This document shows, in pieces, positions 19,414-28,410 of a DNA stretch of 64,000 nucleotides. Numbering within the stretch: the first letter of the stretch is position 1; every line of letters begins with the position of its first letter. Origin of the DNA: Patescibacteria group bacterium (GTDB taxonomy: Bacteria; Patescibacteriota; Minisyncoccia; Phycocordibacterales; Phycocordibacteraceae); contig JAUPKX010000011.1 of assembly GCA_030837225.1 (NCBI GenBank), positions 118-64,117 on the forward strand, read 5' to 3'. A program made the position numbers and the translations under genes. The notes under the pieces are model-generated. The model worked only from the letters and a program-made list of their open reading frames with translations, had not been told where the DNA came from and made no database searches.

Positions 19414-20031
19414 TTAGTGGTTATGCTGTTCAATCTTCACCACATGCGGTTCGTTCGGATTTGCTCCTTCGGCAAGGAGCAGGAGTTCGCAGTTCCCGAA
19501 GTGAAACATAGTCAACATGTCTTGCCATGGGAGATCATAATAAGACGCGTAGAGCATCTTCCCGAAGTCGCCGTGAGTCGCAAGCAGAATCGAACCCTTT
19601 GAATGCTCTGTATGGATTTGTTCCAATGCACGGCACGCACGCACGAGCAGGTCAGGGAATGTCTCAGCGCCCGGAGGCGACAAGAAATAGGTTATGGTAT
19701 CCGTCTTTACGATATCAGGCGCGCAGAGACGCTCAATATCGCTTGCAAGCTCTCCGCTCATGACTCCGAAGTCGCGCTCAATGAGCGAATCCATGACCAC
19801 AGGCTTATCAAGCTCTAAAGTCTCACAGACGATTTCCGCTGTCCTGCTCGCCCGCGAAAGCAGGGAAGTATAGACGGCGTCGAATGTCAGCCCAGCAGCC
19901 TTAATGCCGTCTGCCAGTTCATGGGCTTGTTTGACCCCAAGGTCAGTCAGGGGCATGTCTCGGTGGCCGTTAAGGATGCCATTGGCATTGTCCTCGTTCT
20001 GACCGTGTCGTGCTATGTAGATTTTCAACAT
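19414..20031 (-). CDS. histidine phosphatase family protein (phosphoglycerate mutase-like)
   Basis: N-terminal IYIARHGQ (RHG catalytic motif); start at internal Met of ORF 19414..20088. Confidence 0.7.
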   Translation of the reverse strand: MLKIYIARHGQNEDNANGILNGHRDMPLTDLGVKQAHELADGIKAAGLTFDAVYTSLLSRASRTAEIVCETLELDKPVVMDSLIERDFGVMSGELASDIERLCAPDIVKTDTITYFLSPPGAETFPDLLVRACRALEQIHTEHSKGSILLATHGDFGKMLYASYYDLPWQDMLTMFHFGNCELLLLAEGANPNEPHVVKIEQHNH

Positions 20032-20133
20032 GTTAATTGCCTCCGCATCTAGACAGAATGTACCAGATGTTGCAAAAGGTTCCAACATCGTCCCTGCACC
20101 CAGACTGCCAGCTACACGGGTATACTTAGGGTA

Positions 20134-20490
20134 ATGAATTGTATCTTCTGCCAGATTGTTGAGAGGGACGCTCCCGCCACCATTGTCTTTGAGAATGAAG
20201 CAGTTTTAGGAATACTTCCGATCGAACCTATAACAGAGGGGCATACGCTAATTATTCCAAAAAAACACTCGACCAATGTGCTTGATATGGACCAGGCGGA
20301 TTTGATTGAAGTGACCAAAATTTCGCAAGAACTGGGTAGGCAAATATTAGTTCAACAGAATGCATCGGGGTTGAATCTCCTTCATGCAGCTGGAGAGGAC
20401 GCACAACAATCTGTTTTCCATACTCACTTCCATCTTGTTCCTAGGAATTCAGGTGATGGACTGGATCTATGGTTTCGCAATAAACTGTAG
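20134..20490 (+). CDS. HIT-family nucleotide hydrolase/transferase
   Basis: Histidine triad HTHFHLVPR near C-terminus. Confidence 0.8.
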   Translation: MNCIFCQIVERDAPATIVFENEAVLGILPIEPITEGHTLIIPKKHSTNVLDMDQADLIEVTKISQELGRQILVQQNASGLNLLHAAGEDAQQSVFHTHFHLVPRNSGDGLDLWFRNKL

Positions 20491-20539
20491 GCGGTTCTAA
20501 CATCGATCCGGACAGCTATTTCATGCTACGGTACTAAAC

Positions 20540-20992
20540 ATGAGAAGAGTTTCTGTTAGAGGTATTGCCCTACATGAAGGAAAGCTCCTGTGCGTTAAAT
20601 TGAAGCCGTATAACGAGATGGCTGCATCTGGAGGTGATTGGAGGTGTCTTCCAGGAGGAACCGTTGAAGAGGGTGAAGTATTAAATGAGGCCCTTGCACG
20701 TGAGATGTACGAAGAGACAGGAGTAAATCCGGAAGTAGGAAAACTACTCTATGTCCATCAATTTATGTTTAAGGGTAGTGATCAACTCGAGTTCTTTTTC
20801 CATATTGCTAATCCGACTGATTTTCTAGACATAAACCTAGAAAACACTTCTCACGGGGCCGAAGAGATTGAAAGTATCGACTTCGTGGATCCAAAAGCGA
20901 CTGTGATTCTGCCAAAGTTTCTCTCTCAAGAGACCTTAGAAAGCCAAATAGAATCAGACGCAGCAGTAAAGGTATTTTCCTTTGTAACCTAA
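20540..20992 (+). CDS. NUDIX hydrolase
   Basis: Nudix box GGTVEEGEVLNEALAREMYEETGV. Confidence 0.8.
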   Translation: MRRVSVRGIALHEGKLLCVKLKPYNEMAASGGDWRCLPGGTVEEGEVLNEALAREMYEETGVNPEVGKLLYVHQFMFKGSDQLEFFFHIANPTDFLDINLENTSHGAEEIESIDFVDPKATVILPKFLSQETLESQIESDAAVKVFSFVT

Positions 20993-21037
20993 GTGAGCAT
21001 AAGTTTATTTAAGGTTCCAACATCCACCGTCCAAGCA

Positions 21038-21679
21038 TTAGGCATCCCGCACACGCCACAGAACCCTCGACGCAAATGTCCGATGCGGAGACCAACTAAG
21101 CGCAATCAACTCAAGTTCTTTAACTGCCACATCTTTAGGTAGTCCATAGATAGCTTCCATAGACCGCCTCAATCCTAAATCACCTGGAGAGAACACGTCC
21201 TCACGTTCGAGCGCAAACATCAAAAACATCTCTGCAGTCCAGCGTCCAATACCCCAGACCGAAGACAACTTTGCTATAGCTTCTTCCTCAGGAATCTTTC
21301 TTAGTGCAGGGAGGTTGAGTTCTCCTGACAGGACCGCTTTTGAGAGCTCCTTAAGTGTCTTTGACTTCGCTGCAGAGAGTCCGGCTTTACGCATGGTTGG
21401 CAGACGGAGCTTTTGAATAGCTTCAGGCGTTACTTCTCCCTTACAGGCAACGACTAACCGTCCCCATATAGTGTCAGCGGCTTTCGTTGAGAGCTGTTGG
21501 CCCGTTACACTCGCCGCAAGGGAGGAGAAGAGTTTCTGTCCAGAGTACCGGCGTTGCGCGGTTGAGCGGGGAACAAAATATTCCTTTAGCGGTAGGGCAG
21601 CCTTATAGAGGACTGGGTCCGCTTTCTTCAGATGAAGAAGGGCAGCTGTTACACGCAGGTCGGGCTTCTTGCTTGGCAT
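21038..21679 (-). CDS. HhH-GPD superfamily DNA glycosylase (AlkA/EndoIII-like)
   Basis: Helix-hairpin-helix plus GPD-like region (SPGDLGLRR); start ambiguous (ORF extends to 21730). Confidence 0.6.
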   Translation of the reverse strand: MPSKKPDLRVTAALLHLKKADPVLYKAALPLKEYFVPRSTAQRRYSGQKLFSSLAASVTGQQLSTKAADTIWGRLVVACKGEVTPEAIQKLRLPTMRKAGLSAAKSKTLKELSKAVLSGELNLPALRKIPEEEAIAKLSSVWGIGRWTAEMFLMFALEREDVFSPGDLGLRRSMEAIYGLPKDVAVKELELIALSWSPHRTFASRVLWRVRDA

Positions 21680-21701
21680 CGGGACTAGTATACTGGAGGC
21701 A

Positions 21702-21899
21702 ATGGTACGGTTCATAATTCTCATAGTCATATTGATTCTCGCTCTGTCTTATTTCGGTGTATCGATACGCGATATTGCCCAGTCGCCAACCGGGGAGGAT
21801 AACTTCAGCTTTGTCTGGAACTACGTAAAGGATGGGTGGGAGATCATAACCGAGGTTATTGCAGTCCTTATAGAATCCGTTCGCAACGTATTCTCATAA
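21702..21899 (+). CDS. small hydrophobic protein
   Basis: Single TM (MVRFIILIVILILALSYF) ORF; weak. Confidence 0.3.
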   Translation: MVRFIILIVILILALSYFGVSIRDIAQSPTGEDNFSFVWNYVKDGWEIITEVIAVLIESVRNVFS

Positions 21900-21902
21900 T
21901 CT

Positions 21903-22148
21903 ATGGAAAAGAAACAGATAGCTATCGCTGCCGCTCCGAACACAAACGCGACCTTTGTGAACGCTACGCAGGTAACGGTCTCAGATGATGCGGTTATCAT
22001 CCAGTTCGCCTATGTGCGCCCAAATACGGAAGTGGGGCAGCTCGTCTCAGAAATAGTACTCTCCCCGAAGCATGCTATAGAGTTCAGTAAAGCGCTCGAT
22101 ACCACCATAAAGCAGCACTTCACCAGGCATCTTGAGGTAGGTGAGTAA
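21903..22148 (+). CDS. hypothetical protein (81 aa)
   Basis: ORF only. Confidence 0.35.
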   Translation: MEKKQIAIAAAPNTNATFVNATQVTVSDDAVIIQFAYVRPNTEVGQLVSEIVLSPKHAIEFSKALDTTIKQHFTRHLEVGE

Positions 22149-22243
22149 CATGAACGCTTCATACTGACTTCATCATGAAGTTTGTAGTATTCGCAGATGG
22201 TTAGTAGCAAGTACTAACGATTAATTAACCAAATTGTATTGCT

Positions 22244-22477
22244 ATGAAAAAGCTACTTCTCGGATCTCTCGCGCTCGCAGCTATCGTCGCCATTCCAGGC
22301 GTATCCCTTGCAGCGACCTACGCGTATGTGAACACTGCAGGCGAAGTTATGACGATGGAGGCTTCAAACCCTACTACCGCTATCGCTACCGCTCCTGGTA
22401 TTCACTCACGCAGCGGTGTAATGCTCATCCAGACTACTAGCGACCCTGTTGTTGGCGACAACGTACAGGTTCGGTAA
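22244..22477 (+). CDS. small secreted protein (signal peptide)
   Basis: N-terminal MKKLLLGSLALAAIVAIPGVSLA signal; hairpin terminator follows about 22501-22530. Confidence 0.5.
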   Translation: MKKLLLGSLALAAIVAIPGVSLAATYAYVNTAGEVMTMEASNPTTAIATAPGIHSRSGVMLIQTTSDPVVGDNVQVR

Positions 22478-22620
22478 GACACCACTAGTCTTATACGTCT
22501 TAACTCCTGAAGCATCACGCTTTAGGAGTTTTGCGTTGCAGGCTTCATGAAGTAGGTTCCTCTTCATATTTCTCTCTGTGCTACGGTTTTAAGACTAACT
22601 TCGCATCCAGATCCTTACAT

Positions 22621-23712
22621 ATGACATACACACCATTCAAGACGCTCAGCATCTTCGCCATTATGGCGCTCGCATTTATTCCGTTCAGTGCATCAGCAGC
22701 TACTTCCAAAGTATCCTGCGAAGTGACGGTTAAAACTTCCTTTGACGAAGCATCCTTCAAGAACAAAGGGGAGGTCCTCGTCCAGAAAGGTGACGAGGTT
22801 ACGATCTCCTGGGAAGGAAAGAACGCAACGAAGGTTATTGACGCTGACAAAGACGAAGTAGACCTCGAGGACTCAATAACTATTACTCCAGACGAGGACG
22901 AGACTTACTCGTATACCTTTACGAATAAGTCCAAGAAAGCCACCTGTTCTGTTAACGTGGTTGTTATAGACGCGTCGATAGACGAGGATACTCTTACGAC
23001 TGACAATGCAAAGCCAACTATCTCGGGCGAGGCAGAGGGTGCAAAGTCAGTCCGTCTTCTCATTACGAACGAGGCCGGAAAAACCGTATTCAAGAGCAAG
23101 ACCATCCGCACTAAAAAAGGGGAGTGGAAGGCGCGTGTAACAAAGACCCTCAAGGACGGTTCCTATGACGTCACACTCTTCGGAGACAAGAACGCGGAGA
23201 TTGATATCATCGCAACCGGCACCCTCGTTGTTGGCGAGGGAAGCACGTCAGCTAGCAACTCCTCGACTAAGAAGGGTGGCATGCTCTCAATTAGCGCGAT
23301 TCCACTTCTCTCAGGAGGAAACGCTGCAGCGGGTGCATCCATTCCTGTGGCCTACATCAAAGTGGCTAACCCAGGAAAGGACGCAGCATCAATCGATGGT
23401 TTTACTCTGAAGCAGAATGGTTCTGCCTCAACGAACACCATTGCAAGTTTTGCAACTAACGACGACAAGAGCGGCTCACGCTTCACTACATCAGGAGCAG
23501 GCCTCTTCAAGAATGGCTCTACCTTCGTAGGCCTTCCGGCTACTATCCCACCAGGACAGTTCCGCATCTTCACGATTAAGGCCAACCTGAACGCATCGAG
23601 TGGTATGTCTGCCGGACAGACCCTCATGCTCGACGTTGCGTCAGTTACAACCGGTGCCGCACTCGGCGGTTCGTTCCCAATCGGGGGCGTCACTTGGACG
23701 CTAACGAATTAA
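22621..23712 (+). CDS. secreted/cell-surface protein, Ig-like beta-rich
   Basis: Signal peptide (MTYTPFKTLSIFAIMALAFIPFSASAATS) then Ser/Thr-rich beta-strand sequence; start at internal Met of ORF 22531..23712. Confidence 0.5.
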   Translation: MTYTPFKTLSIFAIMALAFIPFSASAATSKVSCEVTVKTSFDEASFKNKGEVLVQKGDEVTISWEGKNATKVIDADKDEVDLEDSITITPDEDETYSYTFTNKSKKATCSVNVVVIDASIDEDTLTTDNAKPTISGEAEGAKSVRLLITNEAGKTVFKSKTIRTKKGEWKARVTKTLKDGSYDVTLFGDKNAEIDIIATGTLVVGEGSTSASNSSTKKGGMLSISAIPLLSGGNAAAGASIPVAYIKVANPGKDAASIDGFTLKQNGSASTNTIASFATNDDKSGSRFTTSGAGLFKNGSTFVGLPATIPPGQFRIFTIKANLNASSGMSAGQTLMLDVASVTTGAALGGSFPIGGVTWTLTN

Positions 23713-23780
23713 ACCCACATATCAGGAAAGAATTAAGGAGGCACCTGCCTCCTTTTTTCTTTTGCGGTAGAATTGGGGAA

Positions 23781-24629
23781 ATGGAGACCCAGATACTGCT
23801 TTTCTATAAATATGTAACCATCGAGGACCCAGAGACCCTGGCTTCGTGGTTCCGTACCCGCTGCTCCGAGCATCAGCTCGTAGGACGCATTCTTGTGGCC
23901 GAGGAAGGCCTAAACGGCACCGTAGAGGGCAGCATAGAGGACACCGAGAGGTTTGCTGCTGAGCTTCTTGAGGACGCTCGGTTTAGCGATGTGAAGATAA
24001 AGCGGAGCGAAGGCAACGGAAAGGCATTCCCGAAACTTGTAGTTAAGGTTCGCAATGAGATCGTAGGGACTCAGTTCCCTGCGTCAGTTGATCCAAGAGT
24101 TCGCACCGCTACCCATCTCGCGCCTGAAGAGTTAAGGCAGTGGTACGAGGAAGGGAAGGACTTTGTTATCGTCGATATGCGCAACGATTACGAGTTCCAG
24201 TCCGGACACTTCAAGGATTCCGTTAATCCGGGACTTGAGAACTCTCGTGACTTGCCAAAGGCGCTTCCAAAGCTAGAGAGCCTTAAAGATAAGACCGTGC
24301 TAACCGTATGCACCGGCGGGGTGCGTTGCGAGAAGATGTCGGCGCTTCTCCTTGAGAATGGCTTTTCAGACGTGTATCAGCTTGATAACGGGATACACGG
24401 GTATATGGAGAAGTACCCAGGGAAGGATTTTGTAGGGGGACTCTATACGTTTGATGATCGGAAGGTTATGCACTTCGGGGGAGACCGAGAGATTGTCGGA
24501 CGATGCCATTTTTGTAACTCTGCTACCGAGAAATATGTGAACTGTGCGAACGATTTTTGCCATTTCCATTTCCTGGTCTGCGAAGGATGCAGCGGGTCGC
24601 GAAGCGTATTCTGCTCCAGGGACTGTTAG
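23781..24629 (+). CDS. trhO: rhodanese-domain tRNA U34 hydroxylase TrhO (YceA/UPF0176)
   Basis: Rhodanese active-site CTGGVRCEK; N-terminus LLFYKYVTIEDPE typical of UPF0176. Confidence 0.7.
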   Translation: METQILLFYKYVTIEDPETLASWFRTRCSEHQLVGRILVAEEGLNGTVEGSIEDTERFAAELLEDARFSDVKIKRSEGNGKAFPKLVVKVRNEIVGTQFPASVDPRVRTATHLAPEELRQWYEEGKDFVIVDMRNDYEFQSGHFKDSVNPGLENSRDLPKALPKLESLKDKTVLTVCTGGVRCEKMSALLLENGFSDVYQLDNGIHGYMEKYPGKDFVGGLYTFDDRKVMHFGGDREIVGRCHFCNSATEKYVNCANDFCHFHFLVCEGCSGSRSVFCSRDC

Positions 24630-24672
24630 GCACACATCAAATCTTCATGAAGTGCATGCGTATACTGTACGT

Positions 24673-24996
24673 ATGATACTTTCACTAATCCTCGGGTTCT
24701 TGCTCGGTGTGGCCGCTCTTTTATTTGCTCTTCAGAACACCGCGGTTGTTGAGCTATCCTTTATGGGATGGCAGTTTGAAAGCTCGCTCGCACTCCTTAT
24801 CCTTATGGCCTTCGCAGCCGGTATTATCGTTAGTCTTCTTGTGTCTATTCCTTCAGCCGTTAAGGATAGCTTCCGGATCATAGGCCTTAAGAAGGAGAAC
24901 AAGAAACTCGTAGACGAAGTGAACGGACATCGACAAATCCAGCAAGCAGTTGTCGACGATACCATTCCACAGGTGCTCGACATCCGTAACTCGTAA
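24673..24996 (+). CDS. LapA/YciS-like inner-membrane protein (DUF1049-like)
   Basis: Two TM + C-terminal coiled segment; start at internal Met. Confidence 0.45.
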   Translation: MILSLILGFLLGVAALLFALQNTAVVELSFMGWQFESSLALLILMAFAAGIIVSLLVSIPSAVKDSFRIIGLKKENKKLVDEVNGHRQIQQAVVDDTIPQVLDIRNS

Positions 24997-25484
24997 TGGA
25001 GAAGAAAGCGTATCTAGCGGGCGGGTGCTTCTGGGGACTTGAGGAGCTCTTTCGGGAGCAAGAAGGAATTCTTGGTATTGAAGCGGGGTATACCGGAGGA
25101 GAGAACGAGAATCCGACGTACGGGAATCACCCGGGACACGCCGAGGCGCTAGAGATAACGTATGAGGACGAAAAAACGTCGTACCGAAAGATCCCCGACT
25201 TCTTCTTCCAGATCCATAACCCGACAACCCTGAACCGGCAGGGGAACGACAAAGGGACCTCGTACCGCTCTGCGATCTTCTATCAGAACGAAGAGGAGCG
25301 GAAAGAAAGTGAGGACTTCATACGTCTAGTGAATGAGTCCGGACGGTGGCCGGATCCCGTAGTAACTACCCTTGAGCCATTTACTACGTTCTACAAAGCA
25401 GAGGAATACCATCAGGATTACCTCCAGAAGAACCCAGGCGGCTACACCTGCCATGCTATCTATTTCGATAGCTACCTGGGGTAA
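24996..25484 (+). CDS. msrA: peptide methionine sulfoxide reductase A
   Basis: Active-site GCFWG motif near N-terminus. Confidence 0.85.
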   Translation: MEKKAYLAGGCFWGLEELFREQEGILGIEAGYTGGENENPTYGNHPGHAEALEITYEDEKTSYRKIPDFFFQIHNPTTLNRQGNDKGTSYRSAIFYQNEEERKESEDFIRLVNESGRWPDPVVTTLEPFTTFYKAEEYHQDYLQKNPGGYTCHAIYFDSYLG

Positions 25485-25493
25485 CATATATCT

Positions 25494-26060
25494 ATGAAAG
25501 CAAACCTTATTCTCGCCGTGCTCGTGATCGCTGCCATTGGTGCTGCGCTCTGGTTTATGACCAAGACTGAGGAGCCCGCAGTTGCCATAGACGACTCGAA
25601 GATTCTCTCGTTCCTAGACTGCGAAGCTGCTGGCTATCCGGTTATGGAGAGCTATCCTCGGCAGTGCCGAACCAAGGACGGACGGACCTATGTAGAGGAG
25701 CTTCCTGCGCCTGAGCCGACCTATGTGAATGCGACGGCTGACAACATTAAGGTTATGAGTCCTACGCCCGGTGCTGTTGTTGGAAAGCCGATTACGGTTA
25801 TGGGCGAGGCTCGTGGCGGCTGGTACTTTGAGGCATCGTTCCCAATTGAAGTACGTAACAGCACGGGTGCCGTTATTGCGACAGGTGTCGCGCAGGCGCA
25901 AGGGGAGTGGATGACGAACAACTTCGTACCGTTCGTTTCAACCATACAGATCCCTGAGGGTTACATCGGCGAAGCGGTGCTCGTTCTCATGAATGACAAT
26001 CCATCGGGCATGGTTGAAAACGCCAAGTCCGTATCGTTTCCGATTACGATTGAGTATTAA
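25494..26060 (+). CDS. membrane-anchored protein with Gmad2-like Ig domain (hypothetical)
   Basis: N-terminal TM, C-terminal region resembling Gmad2 domain (WYFEASFPIEV, NPSG). Confidence 0.45.
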   Translation: MKANLILAVLVIAAIGAALWFMTKTEEPAVAIDDSKILSFLDCEAAGYPVMESYPRQCRTKDGRTYVEELPAPEPTYVNATADNIKVMSPTPGAVVGKPITVMGEARGGWYFEASFPIEVRNSTGAVIATGVAQAQGEWMTNNFVPFVSTIQIPEGYIGEAVLVLMNDNPSGMVENAKSVSFPITIEY

Positions 26061-26071
26061 GAGCAGGCAAG

Positions 26072-26100
26072 CAGAAAAACCTCTCGCAAGAGAGGTTTTT
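26072..26100 (+). terminator. Rho-independent terminator AAAAACCTCTCGCAAGAGAGGTTTTTC
   Basis: Perfect stem-loop + T-tract. Confidence 0.65.
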
Positions 26101-26133
26101 CTTTGATTTAGAAGTTGTGTATGTTGTGTGGAA

Positions 26134-26145
26134 AAACATGCATGT
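26134..26145 (+). promoter_or_regulatory. Candidate LexA (SOS) box AACATGCATGTT
   Basis: Perfect 12-bp palindrome about 40 nt upstream of lexA start; resembles GAAC-N4-GTTC class; flanked by repeated ATGTTGTGT. Confidence 0.35.
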
Positions 26146-26186
26146 TGTGTATTGTTGCTCAGGTGTACCGGGTGTACGATTCATGT

Positions 26187-26879
26187 ATGACAAAGCTCGT
26201 CTCGCTTACTCCTGCTCAAAAAGAAACCCTTACGCTTATTCAAAAGCACACGGAAAAGCATGGAAAGGCACCGACCATCACGGAGATGCGCGACAAACTC
26301 AAGCTGCGTTCACTTCGAAGTGTTACGCAGCGCATTGAGAGTCTTGAGAAAAAGGGACTCATAACCAGGAACCGTTTCCAGCATCGTGGCATCGCTCTTC
26401 TAGAGGGCGTGAAGTCTCAGTTGTCGTCCGACCTCATCCAGGTGCCCGTTATTGCATCAGCCGGGTGCGACGCCATGGATGTGTATGCCGAGCAGAGTTT
26501 TGGCGAGTACATCGTTATAGACCGGAGCCTCATTGGCGGCCGTCGTGAGAGCACGAATATCGCTGCGGTACGTGCTGTGGGCGACTCCATGCAGGACGCA
26601 GGGATCCATAGTGGCGACTACGTTATCGTTGAGGTAACGGACAACGTAGAGAACGGAGACCGGGTCGTCGCCATACTTGGAAATATGGCCGTTATAAAGC
26701 GGTTTGAGCGCGTAGATGAGGTTGTTTACTTAAACCCCGAGAACAAGTACGGCACGTATCACCCTATCGTAGTTCGCGAAGAAGACACGAGGGTATTTGG
26801 GAAAGTTCTCTCGATTATTCCGGGAACTGAGTGGGTTGATGACATCAAGATTGAGTACTACACGGAACAATCTCTATAG
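26187..26879 (+). CDS. lexA: LexA repressor
   Basis: N-terminal wHTH + C-terminal S24 peptidase (GDSM, autocleavage region, K in VIKRF); start at internal Met MTKLVSLTP. Confidence 0.8.
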   Translation: MTKLVSLTPAQKETLTLIQKHTEKHGKAPTITEMRDKLKLRSLRSVTQRIESLEKKGLITRNRFQHRGIALLEGVKSQLSSDLIQVPVIASAGCDAMDVYAEQSFGEYIVIDRSLIGGRRESTNIAAVRAVGDSMQDAGIHSGDYVIVEVTDNVENGDRVVAILGNMAVIKRFERVDEVVYLNPENKYGTYHPIVVREEDTRVFGKVLSIIPGTEWVDDIKIEYYTEQSL

Positions 26880-26903
26880 AGAGTAGAGTACAATTACGCA
26901 CAT

Positions 26904-27317
26904 ATGTCCTGGATGCTTTTTGCGCTCATTGGCGCTGGATTCGCCGCACTCGTTGCAATATTTGCAAAGATTGGACTTGAGGGTGTTGATACAACATTCG
27001 CCACTACACTCCGTGCCATTGTTATGGCCGTGTTTCTTATTGTTGTAGCACTTAGTCTTGGGAAGTTTGATCTTGGCAATCTCCCTCCCGGCAAGGCTCT
27101 TTTCTTCATCGCCCTATCAGGAATTGCTGGCGCACTCTCATGGCTTGCTATGTTTGCTGCTCTAAAACTCGGGCCAGCACCTGGCGTGTCCGCTATTGAT
27201 CGAACAAGCGTAATCTTCGTCCTCATCTTTTCCATACTTTTTCTTGGCACTCAGTTCACCTGGAAGGCAGCACTTGGTGCGCTTCTGATTGCTGCAGGCG
27301 CTATACTGCTGCTTTAA
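26904..27317 (+). CDS. EamA-like (DMT superfamily) small transporter, 4 TM
   Basis: 137-aa, four hydrophobic helices, EamA-like pattern. Confidence 0.55.
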   Translation: MSWMLFALIGAGFAALVAIFAKIGLEGVDTTFATTLRAIVMAVFLIVVALSLGKFDLGNLPPGKALFFIALSGIAGALSWLAMFAALKLGPAPGVSAIDRTSVIFVLIFSILFLGTQFTWKAALGALLIAAGAILLL

Positions 27318-27373
27318 AGTCGGCCCTTTCTTTTTTACGTGACTATACTTCTCATAGAGAAAGGGAAGTGTGA

Positions 27374-27405
27374 CTTCTCCGATCAAAAATCAAAGATCGG
27401 GGAAG
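27374..27405. repeat. REP-like palindromic hairpin element, copy 1 (CTTCTCCGATC..GATCGGGGAAG)
   Basis: 10/11 inverted repeat; homologous to element at 29418-29457. Confidence 0.5.
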
Positions 27406-27461
27406 TGCTATTACAAATATTTGGTACCTATCCCTTGACGCCAAGTAGCCTTTAGAATACA

Positions 27462-28292
27462 ATGGATGTAATGAAGTACACCATTACAGACCTCAGAAAG
27501 GAGTTCCCCACAGACGAAGCCTGCCTAGACCATATCTTTCGCCAGAAGTTCCCCGAAGCGAAGCAGTATTCCCGTATGAATAAGCGGAAAGCGTATGCGA
27601 ATCCCCAGGGACATCAAATACATCCGCTTGCTGGGACTATCTTCGAGAAGTCCTCAACCCCGCTCTCCCTCTGGTTCCATGCGATATTCCTCTTCGCGTC
27701 CTCAAAGAACGGAGTGTCAGCAATGGAATTGCAGCGACAGCTTGGCGTTACATATAAGACCGCATGGCGCATAGGACACCAGATCCGTGCCCTCATGGAG
27801 CAGGGCGGCGATCCGCTCTCAGGCGTGGTTGAGGTAGACGAGACGTACTACGGAAAGGGCGGAAAGAACGCTATGAAGTTCAAAAACAAGAGCGCAGTAT
27901 TCGGTATGGTTGAGCGCAAAGGTGCGGTACGGGTGCAGAAAGTATCGAGTCGGAAGGCGGAGGTTGTCTTGCCCATAATCAAAGAGAACGTGGAGCCGAA
28001 GACACACATCATGAGCGACGAGTATCAGGCCTATGGACGTCTAACAGGTCGCGGCTATGGCTACATGCATACATCCGTTAAGCACGGAAAGAACCACTAC
28101 ACTTGGGGCGAGAGTCATACCAACACCATCGAAGGCTTCTGGGGCCAGTTTAAGCGCTCGGTCCGCGGGACGTACGCGTTCGTTTCTCCCCAGCATCTTC
28201 AGTCTTATTTGGACGAGTTCGCGTGGCGTTATACTTTCCGTTCTTCGCCGGTCCCGATGTTTGCCCTGCTTTTACAGAAGGCGAGCCTATAG
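27462..28292 (+). CDS. IS1595-family (ISXO2-like) DDE transposase
   Basis: ISXO2-like transposase domain architecture; promoter TTGACG-N17-TACAAT inside IRL; real start possibly ATG 27471. Confidence 0.75.
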   Translation: MDVMKYTITDLRKEFPTDEACLDHIFRQKFPEAKQYSRMNKRKAYANPQGHQIHPLAGTIFEKSSTPLSLWFHAIFLFASSKNGVSAMELQRQLGVTYKTAWRIGHQIRALMEQGGDPLSGVVEVDETYYGKGGKNAMKFKNKSAVFGMVERKGAVRVQKVSSRKAEVVLPIIKENVEPKTHIMSDEYQAYGRLTGRGYGYMHTSVKHGKNHYTWGESHTNTIEGFWGQFKRSVRGTYAFVSPQHLQSYLDEFAWRYTFRSSPVPMFALLLQKASL

Positions 28293-28410
28293 CTTTCTTG
28301 AGGAGATCGAAGAAGCGGGTGCGGTCTGAGGAGGACATATACAGATTAGTATAGGCTGTCTTCGCAGATGTTGGAACTGGTATGATAAAATAGAAGCAAT
28401 CTAAACTCTC

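Noticed and set aside
20028-20035. AACATGTT palindrome near the histidine-phosphatase start as a second LexA box
   Set aside because: Only 8 bp and overlaps the start codon of the gene; too short to distinguish from chance
12842-21032. GGTTCCAACATCGTCC motif as an ECF-sigma promoter (GGAAC..CGTC)
   Set aside because: GGAAC-like and CGTC-like parts are in the wrong order and spacing (5 nt instead of about 16), and several copies are not upstream of any co-oriented gene
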